Translations under genes and position numbers: made by a program
In this document: positions 31,059 through 42,802 of the stretch, one piece after another
Layout of the letters: the number at the start of each line of letters is the position of its first letter
Position numbering within the stretch: position 1 is the stretch's first letter
The notes under the pieces: generated by a model
What the model was told of the DNA's origin: nothing
What the model saw: only the letters and a program-made list of their open reading frames with translations
The model's database searches: none
Origin: an uncultured SAR86 cluster bacterium
Lineage (GTDB): Bacteria > Pseudomonadota > Gammaproteobacteria > Magnimaribacterales > AG-339-G14
Length of the DNA stretch: 64,000 bases
Assembly (NCBI GenBank): GCA_902525735.1
Contig: CABZIF010000001.1
Location: 258,813 to 322,812 of the forward strand
Reading direction: 5' to 3'

Positions 31059-31126
31059 CTCTCGGTTGCTCAACTTGGAAGAGCATTTCTCTAAAGTTAC
31101 GGGTTCGATGCCCCGGCCGAGAGACC
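31059..31126 (+). pseudogene. tRNA-like sequence that cannot form a canonical cloverleaf (degenerate or truncated tRNA)
   Basis: It has a perfect 7-bp acceptor pairing CTCTCGG/CCGAGAG, a good D arm GCTC-AACTTGGAA-GAGC and a T-loop-like GGTTCGATGCC. The body is only about 66 nt. It has no pairable anticodon stem, and as I read it the T stem forms only 3 bp. Confidence 0.45.
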
Positions 31127-31182
31127 TTAATAGTTAATTACAAGACTAATCTTTTCCTTTTAGATAGAATACTCTTCTGTTT

Positions 31183-31259
31183 CTCCTGGTAGCTCAGCTG
31201 GATAGAGCATCTGCCTTCTAAGCAGAGGGTCGCAGGTTCGAATCCTGCCCAGGAGGCCA
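31183..31259 (+). tRNA. tRNA-Arg (anticodon TCT)
   Basis: Acceptor CTCCTGG/CCAGGAG, D arm GCTC-AGCTGGATA-GAGC, anticodon arm TCTGC-CTTCTAA-GCAGA, T arm GCAGG-TTCGAAT-CCTGC, CCA encoded. Confidence 0.88.
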
Positions 31260-31264
31260 TTAAT

Positions 31265-31341
31265 GGTGGGCGTAGCTCAGTTGGTAGAGCACTGGTTTGT
31301 GGTACCGGTTGTCGTGGGTTCAAGCCCCATCGTCCACCCCA
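31265..31341 (+). tRNA. tRNA-His (anticodon GTG)
   Basis: Extra 5' G (G-1), acceptor GTGGGCG/CGTCCAC, anticodon arm CTGGT-TTGTGGT-ACCGG, CCA encoded. It is near-identical in layout to E. coli hisR. Confidence 0.9.
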
Positions 31342-31356
31342 TTAAAGGAAATTATT

Positions 31357-32652
31357 ATGTTTGGATTGAATAAGAAAAAAACTGAAAACAAGTTATCTTT
31401 AAAACTAGAAAGTAAATTATTACGAGATCAATTTAATAAAAAAATTCTTCAACAACAAAGAGATTCAAATTTAAAAGGATATAGAAAAGGAAAAGCTCCT
31501 AAGGAAGTTATTGAACAATATTATGGTGATCAAATTACTGCACAAATAATTTATGAAGAAATGGCAAATACTTTCTATAAGAAAATATCTGAAGAAAAAA
31601 TATCTGTCGTAGGACAGCCAGCTTTAAATCCATCATCGATGGATATAAAAAAAGATATAAAATTTGATGCTATCTTTGAAGTTTATCCAGAATTTTCTTT
31701 AAAAAAATTTTCTGCAATTAAATATAAAAAACCTATCGCAACTCTTGAAAATTCAGATTTAGATAAATCTATCCTAGAAATGAGAAAAAGATTTGGAAAC
31801 CTAGAAAAAGTAGAAGAGGCTGTGACTAAAGGTTTGTATGCAAAAATAGACTTTGAAGGGTACTTGAATGACGAATTATTTGATGGCGGTGCAGCGAAAG
31901 ATTATCTTATAGAAATTGGTTCTAACAATATGATTCCGGGTTTTGAAGAGGGTTTAATAGGCTTAAAGGCAAACGAAGAAACGGAATTAAATTTGTCATT
32001 TCCAGATGACTATCACGCTGACGACCTAAAAGGGAAAAAAGTAAAGTTTAATGTAAAAATAAATGAAGTTCTTCAAACTTTATTGCCTGAACTAAATAAA
32101 GATTTTTTTACAAAAATAGGTATTGATGCTGAAACTGAAGAAGAATTTAAAATTGACCTCAAAGGAAAGTTAGAAAAAGATCTTGAAGTTTCATTAAAAA
32201 GAAAAGTTAAAGAGAGAATTTTTGATTCTTTAGAGAAGCTCAATCCTATTGAAATCCCCTCAGCAATGGTTATCGCTGAGTCTGAAAATTTAAGAAAAGC
32301 TGCTGTACAACAAATGGGAATGGATGTGTCCAAAATCAAAGATGAGGAATTTCCCTTAGAAAATTTTATGGAAAATGCGACAAAAAGAGTCAGATTGGGA
32401 GTAATTTTAAATAAAATAATAGAAGACAATGATTTAAAATCAGATGCAGAAGTAGTAAAAAGTCTTATCGATGAAAGATCATCTGGCTTTAAAGATCCCG
32501 AACAGTACAGAAATTGGATTTATGGTAACGAAGAGCAATTGAAAAATATCGAATCTTTGGCTCTCGAGGAACAAGTTACAGAACTTTTAATTAATCAATC
32601 AAAGTCGGAAGATGAAAATCTAAGTTTTGAAGAAGTTATGACAATGAGTTAA
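31357..32652 (+). CDS. tig: Trigger factor
   Basis: The track ORF (31297..) runs back through tRNA-His. The plausible start is the ATG at 31357, after the RBS AAAGGAA. FKBP-type middle domain 'MIPGFEEGLIGLKANEE'. Synteny tig-clpP-clpX-lon. Confidence 0.9.
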   Translation: MFGLNKKKTENKLSLKLESKLLRDQFNKKILQQQRDSNLKGYRKGKAPKEVIEQYYGDQITAQIIYEEMANTFYKKISEEKISVVGQPALNPSSMDIKKDIKFDAIFEVYPEFSLKKFSAIKYKKPIATLENSDLDKSILEMRKRFGNLEKVEEAVTKGLYAKIDFEGYLNDELFDGGAAKDYLIEIGSNNMIPGFEEGLIGLKANEETELNLSFPDDYHADDLKGKKVKFNVKINEVLQTLLPELNKDFFTKIGIDAETEEEFKIDLKGKLEKDLEVSLKRKVKERIFDSLEKLNPIEIPSAMVIAESENLRKAAVQQMGMDVSKIKDEEFPLENFMENATKRVRLGVILNKIIEDNDLKSDAEVVKSLIDERSSGFKDPEQYRNWIYGNEEQLKNIESLALEEQVTELLINQSKSEDENLSFEEVMTMS

Positions 32653-32661
32653 ATTAACTAA

Positions 32662-33267
32662 ATGACAAATGAAGTAATCAATCAACTTGTTCCTATGGTT
32701 GTTGAACAAACACCAAGAGGAGAGAGAGCTTTCGACATATATTCAAGACTCCTAAAAGAAAGAGTTATCTTTATTACAGGAGCTGTTGAAGATCATATGG
32801 CCAACCTTATAGTTGCTCAACTTTTGTTTTTAGAAGCTGATAATCCGGATAAAGATATTAACTTGTATATTAATTCTCCTGGTGGTTCAGTGACTGCTGG
32901 CATGTCTATCTACGATACAATGTCTTACATTAAGCCCGATATTAGTACTTTATGTATTGGCCAAGCTTCAAGTATGGGTGCAGTCTTATTAACAGGCGGT
33001 ACAAAAGGCAAAAGATTTGCTTTGCCTAATTCAAGAATAATGATTCATCAACCGTTAGGTGGTTTCCAGGGTCAGGCAAGTGATATAGAAATTCATGCAA
33101 AAGAGGTCTTAAAGATTAGAACTAAACTGAATGAAGTTTTGTCTAAACATTCTGGTCAAAAAATCGAAACCATTGAAACAGATACTGAAAGAGATAATTT
33201 TATGTCAGGGGAAGAAGCCTGTGAATATGGTCTTATCGATAAAGTTATTTCAAAAAGAGAAAAATAA
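32662..33267 (+). CDS. clpP: ATP-dependent Clp protease proteolytic subunit
   Basis: 201 aa. Motifs '[11 protein letters not shown]', 'GQASSMGA' (Ser) and 'IMIHQPLGG' (His). Confidence 0.96.
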   Translation: MTNEVINQLVPMVVEQTPRGERAFDIYSRLLKERVIFITGAVEDHMANLIVAQLLFLEADNPDKDINLYINSPGGSVTAGMSIYDTMSYIKPDISTLCIGQASSMGAVLLTGGTKGKRFALPNSRIMIHQPLGGFQGQASDIEIHAKEVLKIRTKLNEVLSKHSGQKIETIETDTERDNFMSGEEACEYGLIDKVISKREK

Positions 33268-34532
33268 TGAGTGACGAAATAGAGAATAAAGACAAACAAT
33301 TGTTTTGTTCCTTTTGCGGAAAAAACCAATCTGAAGTAAAAAAACTTATTGCAGGTCCTTCAGTTTATATTTGTGACGAATGTGTTTCATTGTGTAACGA
33401 TATTATTAAAGAAGACCTTTCTGAAAAAGACAGTGAAGAGTCAGAAAAAAAACTTCCAATCCCTGTCGAAATTAAATCAATTTTAGACGAGTACGTTATT
33501 GGTCAAGACCAAGCCAAAAAGATTTTATCCGTAGCTGTTTATAATCATTACAAAAGATTGAAAGATACTAGTAAAAAAGATGATGTTGAGTTAGGAAAAA
33601 GTAATATTCTTCTTCTCGGTCCGACCGGAAGCGGTAAAACATTGTTAGCTCAGACTTTAGCAAGACTTCTTGATGTTCCTTTTACTATCGCTGATGCTAC
33701 AACTTTGACAGAAGCAGGTTATGTAGGAGAGGATGTTGAAAATATAATTCAAAAACTTCTTCAAAATTGTGATTACGACGTTGATAAGGCTCAATTGGGT
33801 ATTGTGTATGTAGATGAAATCGATAAAATTGCTAGAAAATCAGACAACCCATCTATAACAAGAGACGTCTCAGGAGAAGGTGTTCAACAGGCACTTTTAA
33901 AACTTATTGAAGGCACTACAGCTTCTGTGCCTCCACAAGGAGGACGAAAGCATCCTCAACAAGAGTTTCTTCAAGTAGACACTTCTAATATTTTATTTAT
34001 TTGTGGTGGAGCTTTTTCTGGATTAGAAGAAATAATTAGAAATCGCTCAGAAGACAAAGGTATGGGATTTGAAGCTTCGGTTGTTAAGAAATTAGAATCA
34101 AGAAATATTGCTGAAACAATAAAAAAAGTAAAACCTGAAGACTTAATAAAGTACGGACTTATTCCAGAATTCATCGGACGTCTTCCTGTAACAGCATCTC
34201 TCGATGAATTAGACGAAGATGCATTGGTAACTATATTAACAACTCCTAAAAATTCACTGGTAAAACAGTTTAAGAAATTATTTGAAATGGAATCTGTTGA
34301 GCTGGATTTTAGTGATGATGCTTTAAAAGAAATAGCTAAAAAAGCTATTGAAATGAAAACTGGAGCTAGAGGGCTGAGATCTATTTTGGAAAATGTACTA
34401 CTTGACAGTATGTATCAAGTTCCGTCTGAATCCGATCTTGAAAAAATTGTTGTCGAGGCATCATCTATTAAAGAAGAATCAAAACCTTTAATGGTTTATA
34501 GAACTGATATAAATAAGAAAGAATCTAGTTAA
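33267..34532 (+). CDS. clpX: ATP-dependent Clp protease ATP-binding subunit ClpX
   Basis: 421 aa. Zinc finger 'CSFCGK...CDEC', Walker A 'GPTGSGKT' and 'IVYVDEIDK'. Confidence 0.96.
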   Translation: MSDEIENKDKQLFCSFCGKNQSEVKKLIAGPSVYICDECVSLCNDIIKEDLSEKDSEESEKKLPIPVEIKSILDEYVIGQDQAKKILSVAVYNHYKRLKDTSKKDDVELGKSNILLLGPTGSGKTLLAQTLARLLDVPFTIADATTLTEAGYVGEDVENIIQKLLQNCDYDVDKAQLGIVYVDEIDKIARKSDNPSITRDVSGEGVQQALLKLIEGTTASVPPQGGRKHPQQEFLQVDTSNILFICGGAFSGLEEIIRNRSEDKGMGFEASVVKKLESRNIAETIKKVKPEDLIKYGLIPEFIGRLPVTASLDELDEDALVTILTTPKNSLVKQFKKLFEMESVELDFSDDALKEIAKKAIEMKTGARGLRSILENVLLDSMYQVPSESDLEKIVVEASSIKEESKPLMVYRTDINKKESS

Positions 34533-34579
34533 GACTTGAAATTATATTTTTTGACCTTAACTAGAAAAAGAGGTTAATT

Positions 34580-36964
34580 ATGCTTTTACCATTAGTACCA
34601 TTAAGAGACGTAGTAATATTTCCTGGAGTAGTTACTCCACTTTTTGTTGGAAGAGACAAATCAATTAATGCTTTGCAAAAAGCAATGTCAGACGATAAGT
34701 CTGTCATGCTTGTCGCACAAAAAAATCCGAATGATGAAGATCCTAGTTTAAATGATCTCTACAGAATAGGAACTGTATCAACCATTTTACAGCTAATTAA
34801 ACTTCCAGACGGAACTTATAAAGTTTTAGTTGAAGGTATTAAAAGAGCTTCAATTGTTAATGCAAAAAATAAAAAAGATTACACTGAATCGGAAGTTGAC
34901 GTGCTTGATAATTCAGAAATGGATTCTGACTTACAAAGAAGCTATTTGAATACTCTCCAATCACAGTTTAAAGACTTATCTAAAACTTCAGCCAAAATTA
35001 GACCTGAAATTATTAGCCAAGTTAGATCCATAGAAAAATTAGATAAACTAATAGATACCCTCGTTGGGCATCTATCATTATCTATAGACGATAGACAAAA
35101 ATTACTCGAAGAGGCTGTTTTAGAAGAACGTTCTAAATTATTGGTTAATTTACTTGAAAACCAACTCGATCTTACACAAATGGAAAAGAAAATTAGAGAT
35201 CGAGTAAAAAAACAGATGGAAAAAAGTCAAAAAGAATATTATTTGAGCGAACAAATGAAAGCTCTTAAAAAAGAAATGGGTGAGGGCGATGATTCCGATG
35301 ATGAGGTAGAAGTTTTAGAGAAGAAGATTGCCGATTCCGGCATGTCAAAAGAGGCGTTAGAAAAAGTAAATACTGAATTGAATAAATTTAAAATGATGCC
35401 ACCCATGTCTGCTGAAGCATCCGTTGTAAGAGGTTACATTGATTGGATGGTTAGCATACCTTGGAAAAAGAAATCTAAAGTCCAGAAAAATATTCAAAAA
35501 GCTAGCGAAGTTCTTGAGAAAGATCATCATGGACTAGAAGAAGTAAAAGAAAGAATTTTAGAATTTTTAGCTGTTCAAAAAAGAGTTTCAAAAATAAAAG
35601 GCCCGGTACTTTGCTTAGTAGGTCCCCCAGGAGTAGGAAAGACTTCACTTGGTGAGTCTATAGCAAGAGCCACAGGGAGAGAATTTACTAGAGTTTCTCT
35701 TGGTGGTGTTAGGGACGAAGCAGAAATAAGAGGTCACAGAAGAACCTATATCGGATCTATGCCAGGAAAAATTTTACAAAAAATGTCGAAAACTGGTGTT
35801 AAAAATCCATTATTTTTACTAGACGAGATCGATAAGATGGGCGCTGATTATAGAGGAGACCCTTCTTCTGCTTTATTAGAAGTTTTAGATCCTGAACAAA
35901 ATCATACTTTTAACGATCATTTTCTTGAAGTTGATTATGATTTATCCGATGTAATGTTTGTATGTACTGCTAATTCTTTAGATATTCCTGGTCCACTTCT
36001 AGATAGGATGGAAATTATCAGACTTCCCGGTTATACAGAAGACGAGAAACTAAGTATTGCTAAAAATTACTTGGTTCCAAAACAACTGAAAAATAACGGA
36101 CTTAAAGAAAATGAAATTAAATTTGAGGATTCTGGTTTATTAGATGCAATTAGATATTTCACTAGAGAAGCTGGTGTAAGAGCACTTGAAAGAGAAATAG
36201 CTAAAATTTGTAGAAAAACAATTAAAAAAATTGCTGATTTAAAAAAGAAAACTATTCAAAAAGTTAATGCTAAAAACTTAGAAGACTATTTAGGAGTTAA
36301 AAAATTTGATTTTGGGGAAGCGAAGGAAAAAGATAAAATAGGTCAGGTTACGGGTCTTGCTTGGACTCAAGTTGGTGGTGAGTTATTGACTATAGAAGCA
36401 GCAGCATTCAAAGGGAAAGGAAGAATAATTAAAACCGGAAGGCTTGGTGATGTTATGCAAGAGTCTATTCAGGCTGCGGTATCCGTTATTCGATCAAGAG
36501 CAGAAGGCCTGGGTATTAATCCTGAGTTTTCTGATTTAAACGATATTCACATTCATGTTCCAGAAGGAGCTACGCCAAAAGACGGACCAAGTGCTGGGGC
36601 AGCCATGACAACAGCTGTTGCGTCTGTCTTATCTAATATACCTGTAAGAGCTGATGTAGCAATGACAGGAGAAATAACTTTAAGAGGTGAAGTACTCAAA
36701 ATTGGCGGCCTCAAAGAAAAACTCCTTGCTGCCAGGAGAGGCGGAATTAAAACAGTTCTTATACCAGAAGATAATTTAGGTGATTTGAGAGAAATACCAG
36801 ATAAGATTAAAGACAATTTAGATATAAAGCCAGTACGATGGATCGATGAAGTTTTTAAAATTGTTCTTACAGAGGTTCCTAAGCCTTGGACAGAAGATAA
36901 AGGTAAAGATTCTAAGTCTTTAAAGAAGTCTAAAAATACTAAAAATAAGCTTGAAACCCATTAA
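34580..36964 (+). CDS. lon: Lon protease
   Basis: 794 aa. Walker A 'GPPGVGKTS' and catalytic Ser 'PKDGPSAGAAM'. Confidence 0.96.
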   Translation: MLLPLVPLRDVVIFPGVVTPLFVGRDKSINALQKAMSDDKSVMLVAQKNPNDEDPSLNDLYRIGTVSTILQLIKLPDGTYKVLVEGIKRASIVNAKNKKDYTESEVDVLDNSEMDSDLQRSYLNTLQSQFKDLSKTSAKIRPEIISQVRSIEKLDKLIDTLVGHLSLSIDDRQKLLEEAVLEERSKLLVNLLENQLDLTQMEKKIRDRVKKQMEKSQKEYYLSEQMKALKKEMGEGDDSDDEVEVLEKKIADSGMSKEALEKVNTELNKFKMMPPMSAEASVVRGYIDWMVSIPWKKKSKVQKNIQKASEVLEKDHHGLEEVKERILEFLAVQKRVSKIKGPVLCLVGPPGVGKTSLGESIARATGREFTRVSLGGVRDEAEIRGHRRTYIGSMPGKILQKMSKTGVKNPLFLLDEIDKMGADYRGDPSSALLEVLDPEQNHTFNDHFLEVDYDLSDVMFVCTANSLDIPGPLLDRMEIIRLPGYTEDEKLSIAKNYLVPKQLKNNGLKENEIKFEDSGLLDAIRYFTREAGVRALEREIAKICRKTIKKIADLKKKTIQKVNAKNLEDYLGVKKFDFGEAKEKDKIGQVTGLAWTQVGGELLTIEAAAFKGKGRIIKTGRLGDVMQESIQAAVSVIRSRAEGLGINPEFSDLNDIHIHVPEGATPKDGPSAGAAMTTAVASVLSNIPVRADVAMTGEITLRGEVLKIGGLKEKLLAARRGGIKTVLIPEDNLGDLREIPDKIKDNLDIKPVRWIDEVFKIVLTEVPKPWTEDKGKDSKSLKKSKNTKNKLETH

Positions 36965-37078
36965 AATTGGTGTTTATAGAGATAAATTTTTCTTTGCATT
37001 CATTTAAAGTTAATATATAAAGGTATTTAAGTTTTTACATTATATGTAATATTTTTTAAATTTTTTTGGAGAGAGATT

Positions 37079-37348
37079 GTGAATAAAGCAGATTTAATAG
37101 ATTCAGTAGCAGATTCTACTGACATGTCTAAAGCCGAAGCAGGGAGAGCTTTGGACGCGGTACTTGATGGAATATCAGGAGCCCTAAGTAATGGTGATCA
37201 AGTTGCATTGGTTGGATTTGGAACTTTTTTAGTTCGTGAAAGAGCTGCGAGAATGGGAAGAAATCCTCAAACCGGCGCCTCAATCCAAATTGCTGCCTCT
37301 AAGGGTGTAGGATTTAAACCAGGTAAAGCTCTTAAAGAAAGTCTATAA
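37079..37348 (+). CDS. hupB: DNA-binding protein HU-beta
   Basis: 89 aa with a GTG start. '[21 protein letters not shown]' is the HU/IHF arm. Confidence 0.93.
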   Translation: MNKADLIDSVADSTDMSKAEAGRALDAVLDGISGALSNGDQVALVGFGTFLVRERAARMGRNPQTGASIQIAASKGVGFKPGKALKESL

Positions 37349-37361
37349 ATCTCTTGAGAAT

Positions 37362-37393
37362 AAAAAACGCGTCTTTCATGGCGCGTTTTTTTT
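37362..37393 (+). terminator. Rho-independent terminator after hupB
   Basis: AAAAAACGCG...CGCGTTTTTTTT inverted repeat: a GC core of about 4-5 bp, A/T extensions, a 10-nt loop and a long T-run. Confidence 0.6.
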
Positions 37394-37402
37394 AAAAAAA
37401 TT

Positions 37403-39187
37403 ATGTCAGCATTATCAAGTATTAGAAATGGATTAACCTCTTCGGGATCTTCAATAATAGTAGGAATTATTATTTTTGGATTGGTAGCTACGTTTGGAGG
37501 ATTTTTAGGAGAAGGGAGCGTTCTATCAAATAATAGTATTTTGACTGTAAACGGCAAATCAATAAGTCAAGGTGAATTTGCAATTGAATTTAGCAGAATC
37601 GAAGAACAATTATCCCAAGGAGATCAAGATTTATCCAATGATGTAATTGAAAGCATTGTTAAAGAAAGTATTATTTTAAAAGAATTATATTCTCAGTCTG
37701 CGGTTAAAGCAGGACTTAATATGGATGATAAAAAATTAAATAATCTTATTAGGAACGACTCCTCTTTTTACAATGTTGATTCATTTGACATAGATCTGTT
37801 TAGGGGTTTTTTGTCTAGACTTGGAATGACACCAGACTCTTTCAAAGAATACGTAAAATCCAAATATATAGCAGTCGATCTTCAAACTATTTTGAGTAAA
37901 GATATTAATTTCAGCAATGATTATATTAGACAATTTATTGAAGCCAACAATCAGACAAGAGATATAACATTTGCAAAAGTTTTATTAGCTGAAGAAGCTT
38001 TGAAAGAAAATATTACTGAAGAAGAAGTTTCTCAGTATTATGAAAATAATAAGTTTTTATATATCTCACCTTTAAAAATTTCATATAAATTGCTAAATGT
38101 AAATCAAGATTTATTTAACGATTTAGTATCTGTTACTGAAGAAGAAATAGAAAAGGAAAAAGAAGCTGTTTTAAATAACTTTGTGCCTCAAAAAAGAATT
38201 AGTCATATTGAAATAACTTACGATACAAGCGATAGAGAAGAAAAGTTAGATTTAGCTCAGAATATTTTATTAAATTTAAAAAATAATTCGTTAAATTTTG
38301 AAACCGCAGTATCAGAATACACAACAGATTTGAGTACTAAAAACAATAAAGGAGATCTAGGATTCACTGATGGTAGTATCTTTCCAGATGAATTTGAAAA
38401 TGAAATAATAAAATTGGAACTAAATCAGATATCAAGTGTAATTGATTTATCGACATCCTTTCATATCCTCAAAATTACAGAAAAAACTGATTCATCTTTT
38501 TCTAGAAAAGATATCATTGAAAGAATTACATTCGTTAAGACGGCTGAAAAACTTGATGATGTTTTAAATTATTTAGACGAAAATATATTTATTACCGACA
38601 TCGAAACCCTAGCCGAAGAATTTAGCTTGTCATATAAAAATATTAATGGTGAATCTGAAGACGAATTTTTTATTAAATTTGATAGTTTGGATTTTGACGA
38701 AATTGAAGAAGGCATTTTGTTGGGACCTTTGGAATCCGATGAAGGGTACAATATCGTTCAAATAGACAAAATAATTGATCAAGGATTCAAGTCACTTGAT
38801 CAAGTAAATGAAGAAATAGAAAAAGATCTTAAAACTTCAAAAGCATCCGAAAAAACAAACTCTTTAGTAGAAAATTTAAAAAATAAACTGATCAATGAGG
38901 ATGCAGATTTTACAAAATATTCTGAAATCAAAAGAAATAATTTTTTATTACCTTCAGAAGTTTCTCAAAAACTTTTTTCTTTTGAAATAAAAGAAAATGA
39001 GATATTTTCAACAATACTCGATAACGGCGATGCTTACGTTGTTAAGCTAGACAAAATAAATGAAAACAAAGGGGTAATTTCGTCTGAAGATCTAAATCAG
39101 GGTAAAGATTATCTGACGGCGGTTTATAAAGACATTATCAGAGAGTCTTTTATTAACGAGTTAAGAAAGAGCTCATCGATTAATTAA
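37403..39187 (+). CDS. ppiD: Periplasmic chaperone PpiD (parvulin-like PPIase domain protein)
   Basis: 594 aa with an N-terminal TM anchor '[17 protein letters not shown]'. Parvulin-like region 'RISHIEI...GDLGF'. Conserved position after hupB. Confidence 0.78.
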   Translation: MSALSSIRNGLTSSGSSIIVGIIIFGLVATFGGFLGEGSVLSNNSILTVNGKSISQGEFAIEFSRIEEQLSQGDQDLSNDVIESIVKESIILKELYSQSAVKAGLNMDDKKLNNLIRNDSSFYNVDSFDIDLFRGFLSRLGMTPDSFKEYVKSKYIAVDLQTILSKDINFSNDYIRQFIEANNQTRDITFAKVLLAEEALKENITEEEVSQYYENNKFLYISPLKISYKLLNVNQDLFNDLVSVTEEEIEKEKEAVLNNFVPQKRISHIEITYDTSDREEKLDLAQNILLNLKNNSLNFETAVSEYTTDLSTKNNKGDLGFTDGSIFPDEFENEIIKLELNQISSVIDLSTSFHILKITEKTDSSFSRKDIIERITFVKTAEKLDDVLNYLDENIFITDIETLAEEFSLSYKNINGESEDEFFIKFDSLDFDEIEEGILLGPLESDEGYNIVQIDKIIDQGFKSLDQVNEEIEKDLKTSKASEKTNSLVENLKNKLINEDADFTKYSEIKRNNFLLPSEVSQKLFSFEIKENEIFSTILDNGDAYVVKLDKINENKGVISSEDLNQGKDYLTAVYKDIIRESFINELRKSSSIN

Positions 39188-39974
39188 TTTCTGTTAAATC
39201 TCCCATCGCAGTAATATTGAAACCTGCATCAACATAGAGAATTTCCCCTGTAATACCGCTTGCTAAATCAGAACATAAAAATGCTCCTGCATTTCCGACT
39301 TCTGAAATAGATATATTCCTTTTTAATGGGGCTCTTTCGGCATTATAAGTTAACATTTTCTTGAAACTTTTTACTCCAGACGCAGCTAAGGTTTTTACTG
39401 GCCCAGCGGATATCGCATTAACTCTAATACCTTGAGGACCTAAACTATTTGCTAAATATCTAGTGGTGGATTCTAGAGCAGCTTTTGCTACTCCCATGAC
39501 ATTATAGTTAGGCAAGGTTCGTTCAGCCCCCAAATAAGACAAAGTTAATAAGGAAGCGTTTCTACCTGTCATTAAGGAATTACTGGCTTTAGCTAATGCG
39601 GTAAAACTATACACACTAATATCGTGAGCTATTTTAAATCCTTCTCTAGTGGCTGCCTCAATAAAATCTCCATCTAATTCATTTGCGGGAGCAAAACCTA
39701 CCGCATGGACTATACCGTCTAAATATCCCCATTTATTTTTTATCACATCCATCATATTAGATATTGATTCGTCACTTGACACATCACATTCAATGTAAGT
39801 TTCACAGTCCCAAGTATTTCCAAGTTTCACAACTTTATCTTTAAGCCTTTCAGATTGATAAGAAAGAATTAATTCTGCACCCTGATTATGCATAGATTCA
39901 GCTATACCAGATGCAATTGAAAATTTATTGGCCACTCCAACTATTAATATTTTTTTTCCTTCTAAGAAACCCAT
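39180..39974 (-). CDS. fabI: Enoyl-ACP reductase (NADH) FabI
   Basis: The likely start is '[13 protein letters not shown]' (as in E. coli FabI), 5 codons inside the track ORF. Motifs '[12 protein letters not shown]' and '[12 protein letters not shown]'. Confidence 0.92.
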   Translation of the reverse strand: MGFLEGKKILIVGVANKFSIASGIAESMHNQGAELILSYQSERLKDKVVKLGNTWDCETYIECDVSSDESISNMMDVIKNKWGYLDGIVHAVGFAPANELDGDFIEAATREGFKIAHDISVYSFTALAKASNSLMTGRNASLLTLSYLGAERTLPNYNVMGVAKAALESTTRYLANSLGPQGIRVNAISAGPVKTLAASGVKSFKKMLTYNAERAPLKRNISISEVGNAGAFLCSDLASGITGEILYVDAGFNITAMGDLTEIN

Positions 39975-40016
39975 AATTAATTTTAGCATGATAAAATTTT
40001 CATTATTTCCTTTGTT

Positions 40017-42800
40017 ATGTCTCTAATTAGAAATTCTTTTATAGTTCTTATAATTTTTCTCAATTCATTGACTATCTATACTCAAGTTTCACAAGAGGAA
40101 ATTATCGTCACAGGTTCTTTTATAAAAGAAATTCAAGCTTCTAATCCCATTTTCACATCGTCAATAGACGATATAAATAAAAGAGGCACATTCAGAATTG
40201 AAGATTATTTATCTTCATTACCTATAGTAAATCCTGGAAATTCTGCTCTTCATTCTAATTTTTCGACTGGAACTTCTTCAGTGAGCATAAGAGGGCTTGG
40301 CGGTGACAGATCTCTTGTATTAATTGATGGCAAAAGGTTGCCTTCAGGAACACCATTAGATGGAAATGCAACCCAAGATCTGAATCAAGTTCCATTTGCT
40401 TTGATTAAAAAAGTCGAAATCTTGACTGGTGGTAAGTCAACTATTTATGGATCGGATGCAACAGGCGGAGTAATTAATTTTATTTTGGATAAAAAATACA
40501 GTGGAACGAAGATATCTATTCATCAAGGAGCATATCAACATAATAATAATTCTTATTTAAGAAATATAAATAACAATGCTAAAAGTTTTGTTTTTGATGG
40601 CATAAATTCCAATTATTCCATTATTTTTGGAAGTGATTTGAGTGATAACTCGCATTTGTTAGGATTCATAGATTATAGAAACGTTGAGTCTATTAGATGG
40701 GATGACCGAGACATAGGCGTTTGTGCCTTTAGGGGAAACGCTTCGTGCAGATTAAGTTCTGCAACTTTTATGGCAAGAGTTCAAAATGGTTCATCGGGGG
40801 GTTATGTTTCTGAGGATGGTTTTTCTTCAACTAGCACAGGATTCAATTTTGGAGCAGCTAATTTTCTACAAAGACCTGATAAAAAAATGAATACGGGATT
40901 CGTATTTAATTCTTCTTTATTCGATGATGCGAATTTAACTTTGAGTTTTTTTAATTTAGCTCAAGAAAGCAATGCGCAAATTGGAGCCCCTTTGCTATTT
41001 AGACAAAAAATAAATCTTCCCTGTACCAATCCATTTTTATCTTCAGCACAATTCTCTAGCATTGGCTGCGTCACTAGCGCAGATAATATAAATGCCACCG
41101 TAAGCAAAAGATTCGTAGAAAACTCTTTAAATAGATCCCAATTTTTTAAAACTTCGGCAAATAGAGGCGTGATAGATTTAAGAGGGAAGATAGATGCGGA
41201 TTGGAATTTTGGAATTTATTTTCAAAATTCACATACTTCGCTTAGGTATAAATATTTAAATGATATTTCTTTAAGTAAAGTTAAGAATGCTCTTAATATA
41301 AATTCAGCTGGAAATTGTATTTCAAATGACGCAGGTTGTGTCCCTTTAAATTTATTTACAACAAACAATAACATAGCTCTTAATGCTTCGAATGGTATAA
41401 CACAAAATGCCTTGGATTATGTGCATTTAGATTTATCAATATATGGGGAACTATCAGAAAAAACATTTGCATTTAATTTTGACAGAGAAATTAAACTAAA
41501 GAATCAATCAATTAATTATTTTTATATTTTAGTTGGCGGAGAACGAAGAGAAAATAAACTAATTAAACTTCCAGATGATAATTTTCTAAACGAGGATGGA
41601 GCTGGTCAACAAACTCAACACCAAAGAATGTTTGGAAAAGTTAGTGTAAATGAAGCGTATATGCAACTTGGATTAAAGTTAAAAAATAATTTTAATTTTG
41701 ATAGTAGCTTTAGATATTCTGACTATTCTTTTGGAAAAAATGCTTTTACTTATGATTTCGGATTTCAATATCCAATTTCTGAAATCTTTTCTTTAAAAGC
41801 ATCTCATCAAAAATCGATTAGAATTGCCGATATTCAAGAACTTTTTGAACCAGAAGAAACTGAGCTTGTTTATGCTTCTGATCCTTGTGCAGGTTCATCT
41901 CCAGAATTTAGTTCATCACAATGTTTACTTACCGGTCTTCCACTCAATTTATATCAACAAGTTGATGATACTTCAGCCCAGCTATATACAAGAAGCTCAG
42001 GAAATTTAAACTTAGATCCTGAAGAATCTTTATCAAACTCAATTAGTTTAATTATGGAAACTCAACTTTCTAAATTAGAAATAGACTATTATCAAATAAA
42101 TATGGAAGATCAAATTTCTCAATTAAACATCACTTCCGTTATAAATAATTGTGTAGAGAGTCAATCCATTTCAAGTTATTGGTGCGGGTTTATTAATAGA
42201 GCGAATGATGGAACTCTATCAACAAGTGGAAGTTTTGTTTCAACGCCTTTATTCAATCTTTCTGAATTTAATACTAGCGGGATAGATTTAAAATTTACTT
42301 ATTTGCTTAATACTAGTTTTGGTGATTTATTTTTTAATAATTTTACAAACATTTTGTTAAATAAAGATTTCAAGCAAGATATCTCTAGTGATCAGATAAA
42401 CTGTAAGAGTCTTTACAGGCTAGGTGAAGAAGACGGACTTTGTTATCAACCGTCTCCAAAAATTCAAAACGTTTTTAATTTATCTTTAGCCAAAAGAGTT
42501 TTTAATAATCCCTCTCAGCTAGGATTAACATATAGATATATTGACAATGTGGACGACTCTCAAAAAATTGGTACAGCTCTTAATATTCCTTTTGATAGTT
42601 ACAGTTATTTTGATTTAAATTTTGTAACAAACCTAGATAAGGATTTAGATATCCTTTTTGGAATTAACAATATTTTTGACGAAGATCCACCTGTCAATGG
42701 TTACATAGGTTACGTGCCTGGAAATGCCAATACCTTTCCGGCATTTTATGATGCGTTAGGAAGATTTATATATTTCAAAATTTCTAAAGAATTAAATTAA
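40017..42800 (+). CDS. TonB-dependent outer-membrane receptor
   Basis: 927 aa with a signal peptide. Plug motifs '[21 protein letters not shown]' and '[23 protein letters not shown]'. Beta-barrel-like C-terminus. Confidence 0.88.
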   Translation: MSLIRNSFIVLIIFLNSLTIYTQVSQEEIIVTGSFIKEIQASNPIFTSSIDDINKRGTFRIEDYLSSLPIVNPGNSALHSNFSTGTSSVSIRGLGGDRSLVLIDGKRLPSGTPLDGNATQDLNQVPFALIKKVEILTGGKSTIYGSDATGGVINFILDKKYSGTKISIHQGAYQHNNNSYLRNINNNAKSFVFDGINSNYSIIFGSDLSDNSHLLGFIDYRNVESIRWDDRDIGVCAFRGNASCRLSSATFMARVQNGSSGGYVSEDGFSSTSTGFNFGAANFLQRPDKKMNTGFVFNSSLFDDANLTLSFFNLAQESNAQIGAPLLFRQKINLPCTNPFLSSAQFSSIGCVTSADNINATVSKRFVENSLNRSQFFKTSANRGVIDLRGKIDADWNFGIYFQNSHTSLRYKYLNDISLSKVKNALNINSAGNCISNDAGCVPLNLFTTNNNIALNASNGITQNALDYVHLDLSIYGELSEKTFAFNFDREIKLKNQSINYFYILVGGERRENKLIKLPDDNFLNEDGAGQQTQHQRMFGKVSVNEAYMQLGLKLKNNFNFDSSFRYSDYSFGKNAFTYDFGFQYPISEIFSLKASHQKSIRIADIQELFEPEETELVYASDPCAGSSPEFSSSQCLLTGLPLNLYQQVDDTSAQLYTRSSGNLNLDPEESLSNSISLIMETQLSKLEIDYYQINMEDQISQLNITSVINNCVESQSISSYWCGFINRANDGTLSTSGSFVSTPLFNLSEFNTSGIDLKFTYLLNTSFGDLFFNNFTNILLNKDFKQDISSDQINCKSLYRLGEEDGLCYQPSPKIQNVFNLSLAKRVFNNPSQLGLTYRYIDNVDDSQKIGTALNIPFDSYSYFDLNFVTNLDKDLDILFGINNIFDEDPPVNGYIGYVPGNANTFPAFYDALGRFIYFKISKELN

Positions 42801-42802
42801 AA

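Noticed and set aside
30968-31323. Track ORFs 30968..31192(+) and 31138..31323(-), and the N-terminal 20 codons of the tig ORF (31297..31356).
   Set aside because: They run straight through the tRNA-Pro, tRNA-Arg and tRNA-His sequences. The characteristic 'GFEPAT'-type peptides are translation artefacts of tRNA genes. tig has a proper RBS and ATG at 31357.
32662-36964. ClpP/ClpX/Lon as possible phage-defence-associated proteases (BrxL-like Lon).
   Set aside because: The canonical tig-clpP-clpX-lon-hupB-ppiD synteny, full-length housekeeping motifs and absence of BREX-type neighbours argue against it.
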